A stretch of 64,000 nucleotides of DNA, taken from Terriglobia bacterium (GTDB lineage Bacteria > Acidobacteriota > Polarisedimenticolia > Polarisedimenticolales > JAIQFR01). Below the pieces are notes generated by a model, which did not search any database, was not told the origin of the DNA, and saw only the letters and a program-made list of their open reading frames with translations. The DNA lies in contig CAVVHE010000004.1 of NCBI GenBank assembly GCA_963748015.1, forward strand, positions 896,001-960,000, in the 5' to 3' direction. The translations under genes were made by a program, and so were the position numbers. Positions 63,336-64,000 of the stretch are shown in pieces. Positions within the stretch are counted from its first letter, which is position 1. Each line of letters opens with the position of its first letter.

Positions 63336-64000
63336 ATGAAAAAAGGAACCGGTGATGCGGCGGGGGGCGGCGGCGGGGGACTTCCCGGCCGAGAGGCTTG
63401 GGAGCGTCGGGCCCTTGGTCCGGCTCTCGAGGGCGCCGGGGAGCGCGACGTCGCGTTCACCACGGTTTCCGGGATGGAGATCGACCGGCTCTACGGCCCC
63501 GAGGATCTCGGCCCCGACTGGCACCCCGAGGAGCGTCTCGGCTATCCCGGAGAGTACCCCTTCACCCGCGGCATTCATCCCACGATGTACCGAGGCCGCC
63601 TCTGGACCATGCGGCAGTTCGCGGGATTCGGCGCCGCGGAGCAGACCAACCGGAGATTCAAGTATCTCCTCGAGCACGGGCAGACGGGGCTTTCGGTGGC
63701 GTTCGACCTCCCGACCCTGATGGGCCGGGACAGCGACGACGACATGTGCCGCGGCGAGGTGGGAAGGGAAGGCGTCGCGGTCGACAGCCTCGCCGACATG
63801 GAGGCGCTGTTCGCCGGCATCCCGCTCGATCGCGTCTCCACCTCGATGACGATCAACGCGCCGGCAGCGGTCCTGTTCGCGATGTACCTCGCGGTCGCCG
63901 AGAAGCAAGGCGTCCCCTTCGACCGCCTCAACGGGACGCTGCAGAACGACATCCTGAAGGAGTACATCGCCCAGAAGGAGTGGATCTATCCCCCCCGTCC
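63336..64000 (+). CDS. Methylmalonyl-CoA mutase family, large (substrate-binding) subunit; 3'-partial
   Basis: My translation from ATG 63336: ...[29 protein letters not shown]...[19 protein letters not shown]...[11 protein letters not shown]. Absent from the ORF track because it runs off the window. Confidence 0.93.
   Translation, partial: MKKGTGDAAGGGGGGLPGREAWERRALGPALEGAGERDVAFTTVSGMEIDRLYGPEDLGPDWHPEERLGYPGEYPFTRGIHPTMYRGRLWTMRQFAGFGAAEQTNRRFKYLLEHGQTGLSVAFDLPTLMGRDSDDDMCRGEVGREGVAVDSLADMEALFAGIPLDRVSTSMTINAPAAVLFAMYLAVAEKQGVPFDRLNGTLQNDILKEYIAQKEWIYPPR

Overview
A GC-rich (about 70% by eye) bacterial core-chromosome segment. Gene content and order (glyQS, a long LptC/LptA protein, DUF4388 proteins, an HspR-like regulator, HprK/RapZ PTS) fit Acidobacteriota or a delta-proteobacterial-type lineage; this taxonomy is inference. 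The window is densely packed with housekeeping genes: HD-phosphodiesterase/ybeY/CBS/era/recO/glyQS/ppdK; dksA-like, B12 radical SAM and rlmI-like; mutL; yceD-rpmF-fabHDG-acpP-fabF-etfBA; hprK-rapZ-PTS; three tRNAs; surE/pcm/apt/ssb/murJ/dtd/xerD/tRNA nucleotidyltransferase/accA/mazG; dnaK-hsp20-HspR-like; an RpoD-like sigma; a DnaC-like ATPase; lptC/A-lptB-rpoN-hpf; and the start of a methylmalonyl-CoA mutase. I found no mobile element, prophage or CRISPR array. Five genes (era, recO, a minus-strand hypothetical, murJ, lptB) are each broken by one missing G, most likely long-read errors. The most unusual element is a self-contained unit at 15.45-16.05 kb. It has a near-consensus sigma54 promoter, IHF-like sites, a strong RBS and its own terminator, and encodes a 119-aa protein made only of sigma70 regions 3.2 and 4, a candidate sigma54-controlled sigma70 decoy or modulator. 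Other notable items are an archaeal-type (class II) GAPDH, a DUF1844 / TPR-Zn-finger membrane protein / DUF4388-pseudopilin-like operon upstream of dnaK, an in-frame HD-phosphodiesterase-YbeY fusion, and a DksA with a histone-like basic tail and an acidic tail.
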